DNA of 64,000 nt from sequence record PP216085; one strand, 5' to 3'. Position numbers and translations under genes: made by a program. Below the pieces are notes generated by a model that searched no databases, was not told the DNA's origin, and saw nothing but the letters and a program-made list of their open reading frames with translations. The DNA is from Escherichia phage vB_EcoM_HZ_ZJUN4. The stretch's first letter is position 1; every line of letters starts with the position of its first letter. Of this stretch, positions 8,586 through 18,807 are shown in pieces.

Positions 8586-9601
8586 AAATTTTAAATTTAG
8601 GTGATTGGCATTTAGGCGTTAAAGCTGATGATGAGTGGATTCAATCAATCCAGTTGGATGGAATTAAGCAAGCGATAGAATATTCTAAGAAAAACGGAAT
8701 TACTACATGGATTCAATACGGCGATATTTTTGATGTGCGAAAAGCAATCACACATAAAACTATGGAGTTCGCCCGTGAAATAGTTCAAATGCTTGATGAT
8801 GCTGGTATTACCCTGCATACTGTTGTAGGAAACCATGATATGCACTTTAAAAATACTTTAACTCCAAATGCTTCTACTGAGCTTTTGGCTAAATATCCTA
8901 ATGTTAAAGTATATGATAAGCCTACTACAGTAGATTTTGACGGATGTTTGATTGATTTAATTCCTTGGATGTGTGAAGAAAATACCGGTGAAATTCTTGA
9001 ACACATCAAAACTTCATCTGCTTCTTTTTGTGTTGGTCACTGGGAACTGAATGGATTTTATTTTTATAAAGGAATGAAATCTCACGGTCTTGAACCTGAT
9101 TTCCTTAAGACTTATAAAGAGGTGTGGTCTGGTCACTTCCATACTATCTCTGAGGCTGCTAACGTCAAATATATTGGGACACCATGGACACTAACTGCAG
9201 GTGACGAGAATGACCCTCGCGGGTTCTGGATGTTTGATACAGAAACAGAACGAATGGAATTTATTCCAAACAACACTACCTGGCATCGTCGAATTCAATA
9301 TCCATTTAAGGGAAAAATTGACTACAAAGATTTTACAAATCTATCAGTACGTGTTATAGTAACTGAAGTAGACAAAAATCTAACGAAGTTCGAATCTGAA
9401 CTAGAAAAAGTTGTGCATTCATTACGAGTTGTGTCAAAGATTGATAACTCTGTCGAGTCAGATGATAGCGAAGAAGTTGAAGTTCAATCTCTTCAGACGT
9501 TGATGGAAGAATACATTAATGCAATTCCAGACATCACTGATTCTGATCGCGAAGCACTTATTCAATATGCAAATCAGTTATATGTAGAGGCAACACAATG
9601 A
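8582..9601 (+). CDS. 47: recombination endonuclease subunit gp47 (Mre11-like)
   Basis: 339 aa; calcineurin-like phosphoesterase motifs (GDWHLG, GNHD); T4 order 47-46. Confidence 0.9.
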   Translation: MKILNLGDWHLGVKADDEWIQSIQLDGIKQAIEYSKKNGITTWIQYGDIFDVRKAITHKTMEFAREIVQMLDDAGITLHTVVGNHDMHFKNTLTPNASTELLAKYPNVKVYDKPTTVDFDGCLIDLIPWMCEENTGEILEHIKTSSASFCVGHWELNGFYFYKGMKSHGLEPDFLKTYKEVWSGHFHTISEAANVKYIGTPWTLTAGDENDPRGFWMFDTETERMEFIPNNTTWHRRIQYPFKGKIDYKDFTNLSVRVIVTEVDKNLTKFESELEKVVHSLRVVSKIDNSVESDDSEEVEVQSLQTLMEEYINAIPDITDSDREALIQYANQLYVEATQ

Positions 9602-9861
9602 CTTTTGATGAATTTAAAAATGTTATGATGTGTCAGCATTTTGAATGCGAAGTAAAAGATGATATTGGGCATAAAGAAATTATTGAATATTGGTTTGAAC
9701 CGCTAGAGGTTGAAGATAATTGTATTAAAAAGGTCACGGTCTGCACTGACTGGGCGGTATCTTTTAACTTCAACATTTTAGATAATGACACACCTAAATC
9801 ATTACAAGATATGGCTGTATCTTGTATTAAGGATGCATACTGTGAAGTTTTCGACATTTGA
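9598..9861 (+). CDS. hypothetical protein
   Basis: 87-aa ORF, ATGA overlap with gene 47. Confidence 0.45.
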   Translation: MTFDEFKNVMMCQHFECEVKDDIGHKEIIEYWFEPLEVEDNCIKKVTVCTDWAVSFNFNILDNDTPKSLQDMAVSCIKDAYCEVFDI

Positions 9862-10048
9862 CATTAACGATGAATTCATAGCAAATATTGATTACACCGA
9901 AGAAGATTCTAGATATGTTGGAATAATTTATATCACATCAAAAGCAGCACAAGGTGTTGTTTGCATGGCTGAATTTGATGAATACTTTTTAGATTATGAT
10001 GATATGATAGAATGGTCTAAAAGATACATTAAAAGGAATCTTTTGTGA
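9842..10048 (+). CDS. hypothetical protein; start uncertain (ORF track starts at 9785, GTG 9842 avoids most of the overlap)
   Basis: C-terminal part looks protein-like; stop overlaps gene 46 start. Confidence 0.3.
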   Translation: MKFSTFDINDEFIANIDYTEEDSRYVGIIYITSKAAQGVVCMAEFDEYFLDYDDMIEWSKRYIKRNLL

Positions 10049-11727
10049 AGAATTTTAAACTAAACCGAGTTAGGTATCAAAATATAATGTCAGTAGGTGG
10101 AAATCCTATTGACATTCAACTAGATAAGGTTCAAAAAACTCTTATTACTGGACGAAATGGCGGTGGTAAGTCTACTATGTTAGAAGCCATCACATTTGGG
10201 CTTTTTGGCAAGCCATTCCGTGATGTAAAGAAAGGTCAATTAATAAACAGCACAAATAAGAAAGAACTTTTAGTTGAACTGTGGATGGAATATGATGAGA
10301 AAAAGTACTATATCAAAAGAGGACAAAAACCAAACGTTTTCGAAATCACCGTTAACGGTACACGTCTTAATGAATCTGCCAGCAGTAAAGATTTCCAAGC
10401 AGAATTTGAACAGCTTATCGGAATGTCATATGCCAGTTTCAAGCAGATCGTCGTACTCGGCACGGCTGGATATACCCCTTTCATGGGCCTATCCACTCCT
10501 GCAAGAAGAAAACTCGTCGAAGACCTGCTCGAGGTAGGAACATTAGCTGAAATGGATAAGCTTAATAAAGCACTAATACGTGAATTAAATTCACAAAACC
10601 AAGTGCTTGATGTTAAAAAAGATAGTATTATCCAACAAATTAAAATATATAATGATAACGTTGAACGCCAGAAAAAATTAACCGGTGATAACCTTACTCG
10701 TCTGCAGAATATGTATGATGATTTGGCAAAAGAAGCTAGAACGTTAAAATCGGAAATAGAAGAAGCTAATGAAAGATTAGTTAATATTGTTTTGGATGAA
10801 GACCCGACTGATGCATTTAATAAAATCGGTCAAGAAGCATTTTTAATTAAATCAAAAATTGACTCGTATAATAAAGTCATTAATATGTATCACGAAGGTG
10901 GATTATGTCCAACCTGTTTGTCACAATTAAGTTCCGGTGATAAAGTTGTTTCTAAAATTAAAGATAAAGTTTCTGAATGCACGCATTCGTTTGAACAGCT
11001 TTCAACGCATCGTGATAATTTAAAAGTTCTTGTTGATGAATACCGAGATAATATTAAAACCCAGCAGACGTTGGCGAATGATATTCGCAATAAAAAGCAA
11101 TCCTTAATCACGACGGTAGATAAAGCTAAAAAGGTTAAAGCGGCTATAGAAAAAGCATCATCTGAGTTTATTGACCATGCTGATGAAATAGCACTGCTTC
11201 AAGAAGAACTTGATAAAATTGTTAAGACAAAAACTAATTTGGTAATGGAAAAATACCACAGAGGAATTTTGACTGACATGCTCAAAGATTCTGGTATTAA
11301 AGGTGCTATTATTAAAAAGTACATTCCATTATTTAATAAGCAGATTAACCATTATCTTAAAATAATGGAAGCGGATTATGTGTTTACATTAGATGAAGAA
11401 TTTAATGAGACAATTAAATCACGTGGTCGTGAAGATTTTAGTTATGCTTCATTTAGTGAAGGTGAAAAAGCACGAATCGATATTGCTCTTTTATTTACTT
11501 GGCGTGATATTGCTTCTATCGTATCTGGTGTTAGTATTAGTACATTAATTCTTGATGAAGTGTTTGATGGGTCATTTGATGCCGAAGGTATTAAAGGCGT
11601 AGCTAATATTATAAATTCAATGAAAAATACTAATGTTTTTATAATTTCGCATAAAGACCATGACCCGCAAGAATATGGTCAGCATCTTCAAATGAAGAAA
11701 GTTGGTCGGTTTACTGTAATGGTTTAA
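10045..11727 (+). CDS. 46: recombination endonuclease subunit gp46 (Rad50/SbcC-like ATPase)
   Basis: 560 aa; Walker A GRNGGGKST; central coiled coil with CxxC zinc hook; GTG start. Confidence 0.9.
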   Translation: MKNFKLNRVRYQNIMSVGGNPIDIQLDKVQKTLITGRNGGGKSTMLEAITFGLFGKPFRDVKKGQLINSTNKKELLVELWMEYDEKKYYIKRGQKPNVFEITVNGTRLNESASSKDFQAEFEQLIGMSYASFKQIVVLGTAGYTPFMGLSTPARRKLVEDLLEVGTLAEMDKLNKALIRELNSQNQVLDVKKDSIIQQIKIYNDNVERQKKLTGDNLTRLQNMYDDLAKEARTLKSEIEEANERLVNIVLDEDPTDAFNKIGQEAFLIKSKIDSYNKVINMYHEGGLCPTCLSQLSSGDKVVSKIKDKVSECTHSFEQLSTHRDNLKVLVDEYRDNIKTQQTLANDIRNKKQSLITTVDKAKKVKAAIEKASSEFIDHADEIALLQEELDKIVKTKTNLVMEKYHRGILTDMLKDSGIKGAIIKKYIPLFNKQINHYLKIMEADYVFTLDEEFNETIKSRGREDFSYASFSEGEKARIDIALLFTWRDIASIVSGVSISTLILDEVFDGSFDAEGIKGVANIINSMKNTNVFIISHKDHDPQEYGQHLQMKKVGRFTVMV

Positions 11728-11782
11728 TTTATAAGAGATTATGCTTTAATTTATTAGAGTATAATCTCTATGGAGGAAAAAC

Positions 11783-11971
11783 ATGGAATATTCAACTGGA
11801 CAGCATCTATTAACTATTCCCGAAATAAAACGATATATTCTGAGAAATAATTTTTCTAATGAAGAGCATATAGTTACTGAATCTATGCTTAAGAATGCAT
11901 TTAAATCAGAATATACGAAAATAATGTCCAACAGAAATGAAGCTTGGACTGTTACTGATTATTATGACTAA
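11783..11971 (+). CDS. hypothetical protein (T4 45.2 position)
   Basis: 62-aa ORF between 46 and rpbA. Confidence 0.5.
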   Translation: MEYSTGQHLLTIPEIKRYILRNNFSNEEHIVTESMLKNAFKSEYTKIMSNRNEAWTVTDYYD

Positions 11972-11980
11972 AGGTGTATT

Positions 11981-12370
11981 ATGACTAAAATTACTGTGAA
12001 TTATAGTGTTGATGTAAAAGATATTCAGCCAAAACACGTGCGTTCTGAATCAAATCCACAAAACCAAAATAAAATTCGTCGAGCATGGGTTTTGTCTCTT
12101 TCTGATAACGCGATGGAAGTTATTCAGAGCAAAATTAAATCTGCACCTGCTCGTCATGCGTATTATGAAGCTATCGATCGTGAAGTGAGTGATAAATGGA
12201 TTGAACTGATGCGCAAACATACGGCAGAATCTCTAAACGCTGGTGCCAAATTTATTATGACTTCATGTGGTGAACGCCTTGAAGATGATTATTGCGGTAA
12301 TGCAGATGAACGTCTAATTGTTGCTGCTCAAATTGTTGCGGAAATAATTGCTGCTGATTTTAATCGTTAA
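11981..12370 (+). CDS. rpbA: RNA polymerase-binding protein RpbA
   Basis: 129-aa ORF in the T4 rpbA position upstream of gene 45. Confidence 0.7.
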   Translation: MTKITVNYSVDVKDIQPKHVRSESNPQNQNKIRRAWVLSLSDNAMEVIQSKIKSAPARHAYYEAIDREVSDKWIELMRKHTAESLNAGAKFIMTSCGERLEDDYCGNADERLIVAAQIVAEIIAADFNR

Positions 12371-12425
12371 TTGCTTTATTAAATTAGTTATAAAATTAAA
12401 TCTCATTTGAATTGAAGGAAATTAC

Positions 12426-13112
12426 ATGAAACTGTCTAAAGATACTACTGCTCTGCTTAAAAATTTCGCTACTATTAACTCTGGTATTATGCTTAAATCC
12501 GGTCAATTTATTATGACTCGCGCGGTTAATGGTACTACTTATGCGGAAGCAAATATTTCTGACACTATTGATTTTGATGTAGCAATTTACGATTTGAACG
12601 GTTTTCTCGGTATTCTGTCTCTAGTTAATGACGATGCAGAAATTTCCCAGTCAGAAGATGGTAATATTAAAATTGCTGATGCCCGTTCAACAATTTTTTG
12701 GCCAGCAGCCGATCCGAGTACAGTAGTTGCTCCTAATAAACCAATTCCATTCCCGGTAGCATCTGTTGTTACTGAAATTAAAGCTGAAGACCTTCAACAG
12801 CTGTTGCGTGTATCTCGTGGTCTGCAGATTGATACAATTGCTATCACAGTAAAAGAAGGTAAAATCGTAATTAATGGTTTTAATAAAGTGGAAGATTCTG
12901 CTTTGACTCGTGTTAAATATTCTTTGACTCTTGGTGATTATGATGGTGAAAATACATTTAATTTCATTATCAATATGGCAAATATGAAAATGCAACCAGG
13001 AAATTATAAACTTCTGCTCTGGGCAAAAGGTAAACAAGGTGCTGCTAAATTTGAAGGTGAACACGCGAATTATGTAGTAGCTCTTGAAGCTGATTCTACC
13101 CACGATTTTTAA
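12426..13112 (+). CDS. 45: sliding clamp gp45
   Basis: 228 aa, MKLSKDTTALLKNFATINSGIMLKSGQ... recognised as T4 gp45. Confidence 0.93.
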   Translation: MKLSKDTTALLKNFATINSGIMLKSGQFIMTRAVNGTTYAEANISDTIDFDVAIYDLNGFLGILSLVNDDAEISQSEDGNIKIADARSTIFWPAADPSTVVAPNKPIPFPVASVVTEIKAEDLQQLLRVSRGLQIDTIAITVKEGKIVINGFNKVEDSALTRVKYSLTLGDYDGENTFNFIINMANMKMQPGNYKLLLWAKGKQGAAKFEGEHANYVVALEADSTHDF

Positions 13113-13115
13113 TAG

Positions 13116-13132
13116 AGGGCTTCGGCCCTTTA
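13116..13132 (+). terminator. hairpin agggcttcggccct + T-rich
   Basis: GC stem and UUCG loop after gene 45 stop. Confidence 0.5.
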
Positions 13133-13163
13133 TAATTTACATTAAAACTTGAATGAGGAAATT

Positions 13164-14123
13164 ATGATTACTGTAAATGAAAAAGAACACATTCTTGAAC
13201 AGAAATATCGTCCATCTACTATCGATGAATGTATTCTTCCCGCCTTTGATAAAGAAACCTTTAAATCTATTACAAGTAAAGGTAAAATTCCACATATTAT
13301 TCTTCATTCTCCTTCTCCAGGAACAGGTAAAACAACCGTAGCAAAAGCATTATGTCATGATGTAAATGCTGATATGATGTTTGTGAATGGGTCAGATTGT
13401 AAAATTGATTTCGTTCGCGGTCCTTTGACTAATTTTGCTAGTGCAGCTTCATTTGATGGTCGTCAAAAAGTAATTGTTATTGATGAATTTGACCGTTCAG
13501 GGTTAGCAGAGTCTCAGCGACATCTTCGTTCCTTTATGGAAGCTTATAGTTCAAACTGTAGTATTATTATTACTGCTAACAATATTGATGGTATTATTAA
13601 ACCGCTTCAGTCACGCTGCCGAGTTATTACATTCGGTCAACCAACCGATGAAGATAAAATTGAAATGATGAAGCAGATGATTCGTCGATTGACTGAAATC
13701 TGTAAGCATGAAGGAATTGCTATAGCTGATATGAAAGTTGTAGCAGCTTTGGTTAAAAAGAATTTTCCTGATTTTCGTAAAACTATTGGCGAGCTCGATA
13801 GTTATTCGTCTAAAGGTGTTTTGGATGCTGGTATTTTATCACTGGTTACTAACGATCGTGGTGCTATTGATGATGTTCTTGAATCTCTCAAAAATAAAGA
13901 TGTTAAACAGCTCAGAGCTTTAGCACCAAAATATGCAGCTGATTATTCGTGGTTCGTAGGTAAACTTGCCGAAGAAATTTATACACGCGTAACTCCGCAA
14001 AGTATTATTCGTATGTATGAAATTGTTGGTGAAAATAACCAGTATCATGGAATTGCGGCTAATACTGAATTACATTTAGCATATCTTTTCATTCAATTGG
14101 CATGTGAAATGCAGTGGAAGTGA
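13164..14123 (+). CDS. 44: clamp loader large subunit gp44 (AAA+)
   Basis: Walker [11 protein letters not shown]; 319 aa from ATG 13164 (track start 13149 is TTG); GAGGA SD. Confidence 0.9.
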   Translation: MITVNEKEHILEQKYRPSTIDECILPAFDKETFKSITSKGKIPHIILHSPSPGTGKTTVAKALCHDVNADMMFVNGSDCKIDFVRGPLTNFASAASFDGRQKVIVIDEFDRSGLAESQRHLRSFMEAYSSNCSIIITANNIDGIIKPLQSRCRVITFGQPTDEDKIEMMKQMIRRLTEICKHEGIAIADMKVVAALVKKNFPDFRKTIGELDSYSSKGVLDAGILSLVTNDRGAIDDVLESLKNKDVKQLRALAPKYAADYSWFVGKLAEEIYTRVTPQSIIRMYEIVGENNQYHGIAANTELHLAYLFIQLACEMQWK

Positions 14124-14124
14124 T

Positions 14125-14688
14125 ATGAGCTTATTTGAAGATGATATTCAATTAAACGAGCATCAAGTTGCTTGGTATTCAAAAGATTGGACAGCTGTCC
14201 AATCTGCTGCTGATTCTTTTAAAGAAAAAGCTGAAAATGAGTTTTTTGAAATAATTGGGGCTATCAATAATAAAACTAAATGCTCTATTGCTCAAAAAGA
14301 TTATTCAAAATACATGGTTGAAAATGCATTATCACAATTTCCGGAGTGCATGCCAGCTGTATATGCTATGAATTTAATTGGATCAGGTTTAAGCGATGAA
14401 GCCCATTTTAATTATCTGATGGCTGCTGTTCCTCGGGGTAAAAGATACGGTAAATGGGCAAAACTGGTTGAAGATTCTACCGAAGTATTGATTATTAAGT
14501 TACTTGCTAAGAGGTATCAAGTTAATACAAATGATGCAATTAACTATAAATCAATTCTTACTAAAAATGGAAAACTTCCTTTAGTATTAAAAGAACTAAA
14601 AGGTTTAGTCACGGATGATTTTTTGAAAGAAGTGACTAAGAATGTAAAAGAACAGAAACAACTTAAAAAACTAGCATTGGAATGGTAA
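14125..14688 (+). CDS. 62: clamp loader small subunit gp62
   Basis: 187 aa from ATG 14125 ([18 protein letters not shown]...); follows gene 44. Confidence 0.88.
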   Translation: MSLFEDDIQLNEHQVAWYSKDWTAVQSAADSFKEKAENEFFEIIGAINNKTKCSIAQKDYSKYMVENALSQFPECMPAVYAMNLIGSGLSDEAHFNYLMAAVPRGKRYGKWAKLVEDSTEVLIIKLLAKRYQVNTNDAINYKSILTKNGKLPLVLKELKGLVTDDFLKEVTKNVKEQKQLKKLALEW

Positions 14689-14689
14689 A

Positions 14690-15058
14690 ATGATTGAAAT
14701 TACTCTTAAAAAACCTGAAGATTTTCTGAAAGTAAAAGAAACTTTGACTCGCATGGGAATTGCTAATAATAAAGATAAAGTTCTGTATCAGTCCTGTCAT
14801 ATTCTTCAGAAAAAAGGACTATACTATATCGTTCATTTTAAAGAAATGCTTCGTATGGATGGTCGTCAAGTTGAAATGACAGAAGAAGATGAAGTTCGTC
14901 GTGATTCGATTGCATGGCTGTTAGAAGATTGGGGACTGATTGAAATCGCTCCAGGTCAAAGAACTTTTATGAAAGATTTAACTAATAACTTCCGAGTTAT
15001 TTCTTTTAAGCAAAAACATGAATGGAAACTCGTTCCTAAATATACGATTGGAAATTAA
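14690..15058 (+). CDS. regA: translational repressor RegA
   Basis: 122 aa MIEITLKKPEDFLKVKETLTRMG... recognised as T4 RegA. Confidence 0.9.
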   Translation: MIEITLKKPEDFLKVKETLTRMGIANNKDKVLYQSCHILQKKGLYYIVHFKEMLRMDGRQVEMTEEDEVRRDSIAWLLEDWGLIEIAPGQRTFMKDLTNNFRVISFKQKHEWKLVPKYTIGN

Positions 15059-15060
15059 GC

Positions 15061-15078
15061 AAGGGGCTTCGGCCCCTT
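15061..15078 (+). terminator. hairpin aaggggcttcggcccctt
   Basis: Strong GC stem with UUCG loop after regA. Confidence 0.55.
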
Positions 15079-15136
15079 ATTTGGAGTATAATATATCAAG
15101 AGCCTAATAACTCGGGCTATAAACTAAGGAATATCT

Positions 15137-17833
15137 ATGAAAGAATTTTATATCTCTATTGAAACAGTCGGAAATAACATTGTTGAACGTTATATTGATG
15201 AAAATGGAAAGGAACGTACTCGTGAAGTAGAATATCTTCCGACTATGTTTAGGCATTGTAAGGAAGAGTCAAAATACAAAGACATTTATGGTAAAAATTG
15301 TGCTCCTCAAAAATTTCCATCAATGAAAGATGCCCGAGACTGGATGAAACGAATGGAAGACATCGGTCTCGAAGCTCTCGGTATGAACGATTTTAAACTC
15401 GCTTATATCAGTGATACATATGGTTCAGAAATTGTTTATGACCGAAAATTTGTTCGTGTAGCTAACTGTGACATTGAGGTTACTGGTGATAAATTTCCTG
15501 ACCCAATGAAAGCAGAATATGAAATTGATGCTATCACTCATTATGATTCAATTGACGACCGTTTTTACGTCTTTGATTTGTTGAATTCAATGTACGGTTC
15601 AGTATCAAAATGGGATGCAAAGTTAGCTGCTAAGCTTGACTGTGAAGGTGGTGATGAAGTTCCTCAAGAAATTCTTGACCGAGTAATTTATATGCCATTT
15701 GATAATGAGCGTGATATGCTCATGGAATATATTAATCTCTGGGAACAGAAACGACCTGCTATTTTTACTGGTTGGAATATTGAGGGATTTGACGTTCCGT
15801 ATATCATGAATCGTGTTAAAATGGTTCTCGGCGAACGCAGTATGAAACGCTTCTCTCCAATCGGTCGAGTAAAATCTAAACTAATTCAAAATATGTACGG
15901 TAGCAAAGAAATTTATTCTATTGATGGCGTATCTATTCTTGATTATTTAGATTTGTACAAGAAATTCGCATTTACTAATTTGCCATCATTCTCTTTGGAA
16001 TCAGTTGCTCAGCACGAAACCAAAAAAGGTAAATTACCATACGACGGTCCTATTAATAAACTTCGTGAGACTAATCATCAACGATACATTAGTTATAACA
16101 TCATTGACGTAGAATCAGTTCAAGCAATTGATAAAATTCGCGGGTTTATTGATCTAGTTTTAAGTATGTCTTATTACGCTAAAATGCCTTTTTCTGGTGT
16201 AATGAGTCCTATTAAAACTTGGGATGCTATTATTTTTAACTCATTGAAAGGTGAACATAAGGTTATTCCTCAACAAGGTTCGCACGTTAAACAAAGTTTT
16301 CCAGGTGCATTTGTATTTGAACCTAAAGCGATTGCTCGTCGATACATTATGAGTTTTGACTTGACGTCTCTGTATCCGAGTATTATTCGTCAGGTTAACA
16401 TTAGTCCTGAAACTATTCGTGGTCAGTTTAAAGTTCATCCAATTCATGAATATATCGCAGGAACAGCTCCTAAACCGAGTGATGAATATTCTTGTTCTCC
16501 GAATGGATGGATGTATGATAAGCATCAAGAAGGTATCATTCCAAAGGAAATCGCTAAAGTATTTTTCCAGCGTAAAGATTGGAAAAAGAAAATGTTCGCC
16601 GAAGAAATGAATGCCGAAGCTATTAAAAAGATTATTATGAAAGGTGCAGGGTCTTGTTCAACTAAACCAGAAGTTGAACGATATGTTAAGTTCAATGATG
16701 ATTTCTTAAATGAATTATCGAATTACACCGAATCTGTTCTTAATAGTCTGATCGAAGAATGTGAAAAAGCAGCTACACTTGCTAACACAAATCAGCTGAA
16801 CCGTAAAATTCTTATTAACAGTCTTTATGGTGCTCTTGGTAACATTCATTTCCGCTATTATGATTTGCGAAATGCTACTGCTATCACAATTTTTGGTCAA
16901 GTCGGTATTCAGTGGATTGCTCGTAAAATTAATGAATACCTGAATAAAGTGTGTGGAACTGATGGTGAAGATTTCATTGCAGCGGGTGACACTGATTCTG
17001 TATATGTTTGTGTAGATAAAGTAATTGAAAAAGTAGGTCTTGACCGCTTTAAAGAACAAAATGATTTAGTTGAATTCATGAATCAGTTCGGTAAGAAAAA
17101 GATGGAACCTATGATTGATGTTGCATATCGTGAGTTATGTGATTATATGAATAACCGCGAGCATCTGATGCATATGGACCGTGAAGCTATTTCTTGTCCT
17201 CCGCTTGGTTCAAAGGGTGTCGGTGGATTTTGGAAAGCGAAAAAACGTTATGCTCTAAACGTTTATGATATGGAAGATAAGCGATTTGCTGAACCACATC
17301 TAAAAATCATGGGTATGGAAACTCAGCAGAGTTCAACACCAAAAGCAGTACAAGAAGCTCTCGAAGAAAGTATTCGTCGTATTCTTCAGGAAGGCGAAGA
17401 GTCTGTCCAAGAATACTACAAGAACTTTGAGAAAGAATATCGTCAACTTGACTATAAAGTTATTGCTGAAGTAAAAACTGCGAATGATATAGCGAAATAT
17501 GATGATAAAGGTTGGCCAGGATTTAAATGCCCGTTCCACATTCGCGGGGTGCTAACTTATCGTCGAGCTGTTAGTGGTTTAGGTGTAGCTCCAATTTTGG
17601 ATGGAAATAAGGTAATGGTTCTTCCATTACGTGAGGGAAATCCATTTGGTGACAAGTGCATTGCTTGGCCATCAGGTACGGAACTTCCAAAAGAAATTCG
17701 TTCTGATGTACTGTCTTGGATTGACTACTCAACTTTGTTCCAAAAATCGTTTGTTAAACCGCTTGCGGGCATGTGTGAATCGGCAGGTATGGACTATGAG
17801 GAAAAAGCTTCGTTAGACTTCCTGTTTGGCTGA
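15137..17833 (+). CDS. 43: DNA polymerase gp43 (family B, with 3'-5' exonuclease)
   Basis: 898 aa; exonuclease and polymerase motifs (DIE, YGDTDS-like AGDTDSVYV). Confidence 0.95.
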   Translation: MKEFYISIETVGNNIVERYIDENGKERTREVEYLPTMFRHCKEESKYKDIYGKNCAPQKFPSMKDARDWMKRMEDIGLEALGMNDFKLAYISDTYGSEIVYDRKFVRVANCDIEVTGDKFPDPMKAEYEIDAITHYDSIDDRFYVFDLLNSMYGSVSKWDAKLAAKLDCEGGDEVPQEILDRVIYMPFDNERDMLMEYINLWEQKRPAIFTGWNIEGFDVPYIMNRVKMVLGERSMKRFSPIGRVKSKLIQNMYGSKEIYSIDGVSILDYLDLYKKFAFTNLPSFSLESVAQHETKKGKLPYDGPINKLRETNHQRYISYNIIDVESVQAIDKIRGFIDLVLSMSYYAKMPFSGVMSPIKTWDAIIFNSLKGEHKVIPQQGSHVKQSFPGAFVFEPKAIARRYIMSFDLTSLYPSIIRQVNISPETIRGQFKVHPIHEYIAGTAPKPSDEYSCSPNGWMYDKHQEGIIPKEIAKVFFQRKDWKKKMFAEEMNAEAIKKIIMKGAGSCSTKPEVERYVKFNDDFLNELSNYTESVLNSLIEECEKAATLANTNQLNRKILINSLYGALGNIHFRYYDLRNATAITIFGQVGIQWIARKINEYLNKVCGTDGEDFIAAGDTDSVYVCVDKVIEKVGLDRFKEQNDLVEFMNQFGKKKMEPMIDVAYRELCDYMNNREHLMHMDREAISCPPLGSKGVGGFWKAKKRYALNVYDMEDKRFAEPHLKIMGMETQQSSTPKAVQEALEESIRRILQEGEESVQEYYKNFEKEYRQLDYKVIAEVKTANDIAKYDDKGWPGFKCPFHIRGVLTYRRAVSGLGVAPILDGNKVMVLPLREGNPFGDKCIAWPSGTELPKEIRSDVLSWIDYSTLFQKSFVKPLAGMCESAGMDYEEKASLDFLFG

Positions 17834-17847
17834 TAGAATAAATCTAG

Positions 17848-17868
17848 GGACCTCCGGGTCCCTTTTTC
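17848..17868 (+). terminator. hairpin gggacctccgggtccc + TTTTT
   Basis: Perfect GC stem and T run after gene 43. Confidence 0.65.
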
Positions 17869-17940
17869 ATACAAGTAATATAAATCTATACTTAGGAAAA
17901 ATAGATGATTCTGGGCCCTTTGAATTCATTAAAAATTTTT

Positions 17941-18014
17941 TCACAAAATGGTTTACATCTCTGTTCTTCCGTGGTACTATACAACTATCAACTGATGCGG
18001 ATTTGGAGAATGAA
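17941..18014 (+). promoter_or_regulatory. early promoter/leader cassette copy A (PeSL-like): GTTTACA...TGGTACTATACAACTATCAACTGATGCGGATTTGGAGAATgAAATG
   Basis: About 60 bp shared with copy at 46711-46785; partial matches at 50571-50652, 37481-37563 and 47440-47504. Confidence 0.7.
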
Positions 18015-18395
18015 ATGAAAATCGCTATTTTGGTTATTGCATTGGGTCTTACTGGTTGTGTAGCTCAAGGACCGGTAGTAAATCAATCTGATGTAGGAAA
18101 AATTGTAAACTGTTCAAGCAAATTTTATAATCCTAATGTTAAGTGTTATAAAGAAGCTCCAAAACAGACATTAGAACAAATGCAGGCGAATTTTGATGAA
18201 GCTATTCGTCCAGATGAATCTGCACAAGCATATCGTAATTCAGATGTAATTACACGCGAAGAAAAAATTGAAAACTACTGCGCTGTGCTTTGGGCAAATT
18301 GGGCTAATAATTACCAATGGCGCACAGGTAAAAATGCTCCAATGGAGTATGTAGTGAATTCTTATAATTCATGTGTAAAAAATTTGACTAAGTGA
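18015..18395 (+). CDS. predicted lipoprotein (signal peptide with LTGC lipobox), function unknown
   Basis: MKIAILVIALGLTGC...; track ORF 17826-18395 extends into promoter, true start at ATG 18015 after GGAG. Confidence 0.6.
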   Translation: MKIAILVIALGLTGCVAQGPVVNQSDVGKIVNCSSKFYNPNVKCYKEAPKQTLEQMQANFDEAIRPDESAQAYRNSDVITREEKIENYCAVLWANWANNYQWRTGKNAPMEYVVNSYNSCVKNLTK

Positions 18396-18402
18396 GGAAA
18401 AC

Positions 18403-18654
18403 ATGGAAACTTTAGTAGCAGGTTCAATTTTTATGGTTTTAGTTTCAGGCGTGTTGGCTATTATTATATACATGCTTCCATGGTTCATCGCCTTGATGCG
18501 CGGGTCAAAATCGACAGTAGGAATCTTTTTCACATCTTTACTGTTTAACTGGTCAATTATTGGTTGGTTTATTACATTTATTTGGTCAATTGCTGGTGAA
18601 ACTAAAAAATCTGCGCAGCCAAATCAGGTAATTATCATCAGAGAGAAGGAATGA
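18403..18654 (+). CDS. imm: superinfection immunity membrane protein Imm
   Basis: 83-aa two-helix membrane protein between 43 and 42 as in T4. Confidence 0.75.
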   Translation: METLVAGSIFMVLVSGVLAIIIYMLPWFIALMRGSKSTVGIFFTSLLFNWSIIGWFITFIWSIAGETKKSAQPNQVIIIREKE

Positions 18655-18807
18655 AAAGCAAAATTTTAGCAGTATTGCTTTTAATATTGATGATTATAAT
18701 AAGTATATACTATAGCGTAACAGTTCCTTGTATGATTCCGCCACTTATTATAGGTTGGGGTTTATTACTGTTACAAGTTAAATATGAATGTATCAATTGA
18801 GGTTTAA

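Noticed and set aside
10274-10537. Alternative-frame plus-strand ORF (87 aa) within gene 46
   Set aside because: Out-of-frame overlap inside the conserved Rad50-like ATPase head.
12371-12394. Possible MotA-box middle promoter (TTGCTTTA) and late-promoter-like TATAAAAT upstream of gene 45
   Set aside because: Spacing (10 nt) and the -10 / TATAAATA match are imperfect; left as unconfirmed rather than called.
16241-17539. Antisense ORFs (95, 114 and 68 aa) inside DNA polymerase gene 43
   Set aside because: Lie entirely within a strongly supported gene on the other strand; low-complexity AT-rich translations; no SD or promoter.
17826-18014. N-terminal extensions of track ORFs 17826-18395, 46687-46992, 37504-37833 and 47370-47618
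   Set aside because: The extensions run through terminator and promoter/leader sequence; true starts are the ATGs directly after the conserved GGAG leader.
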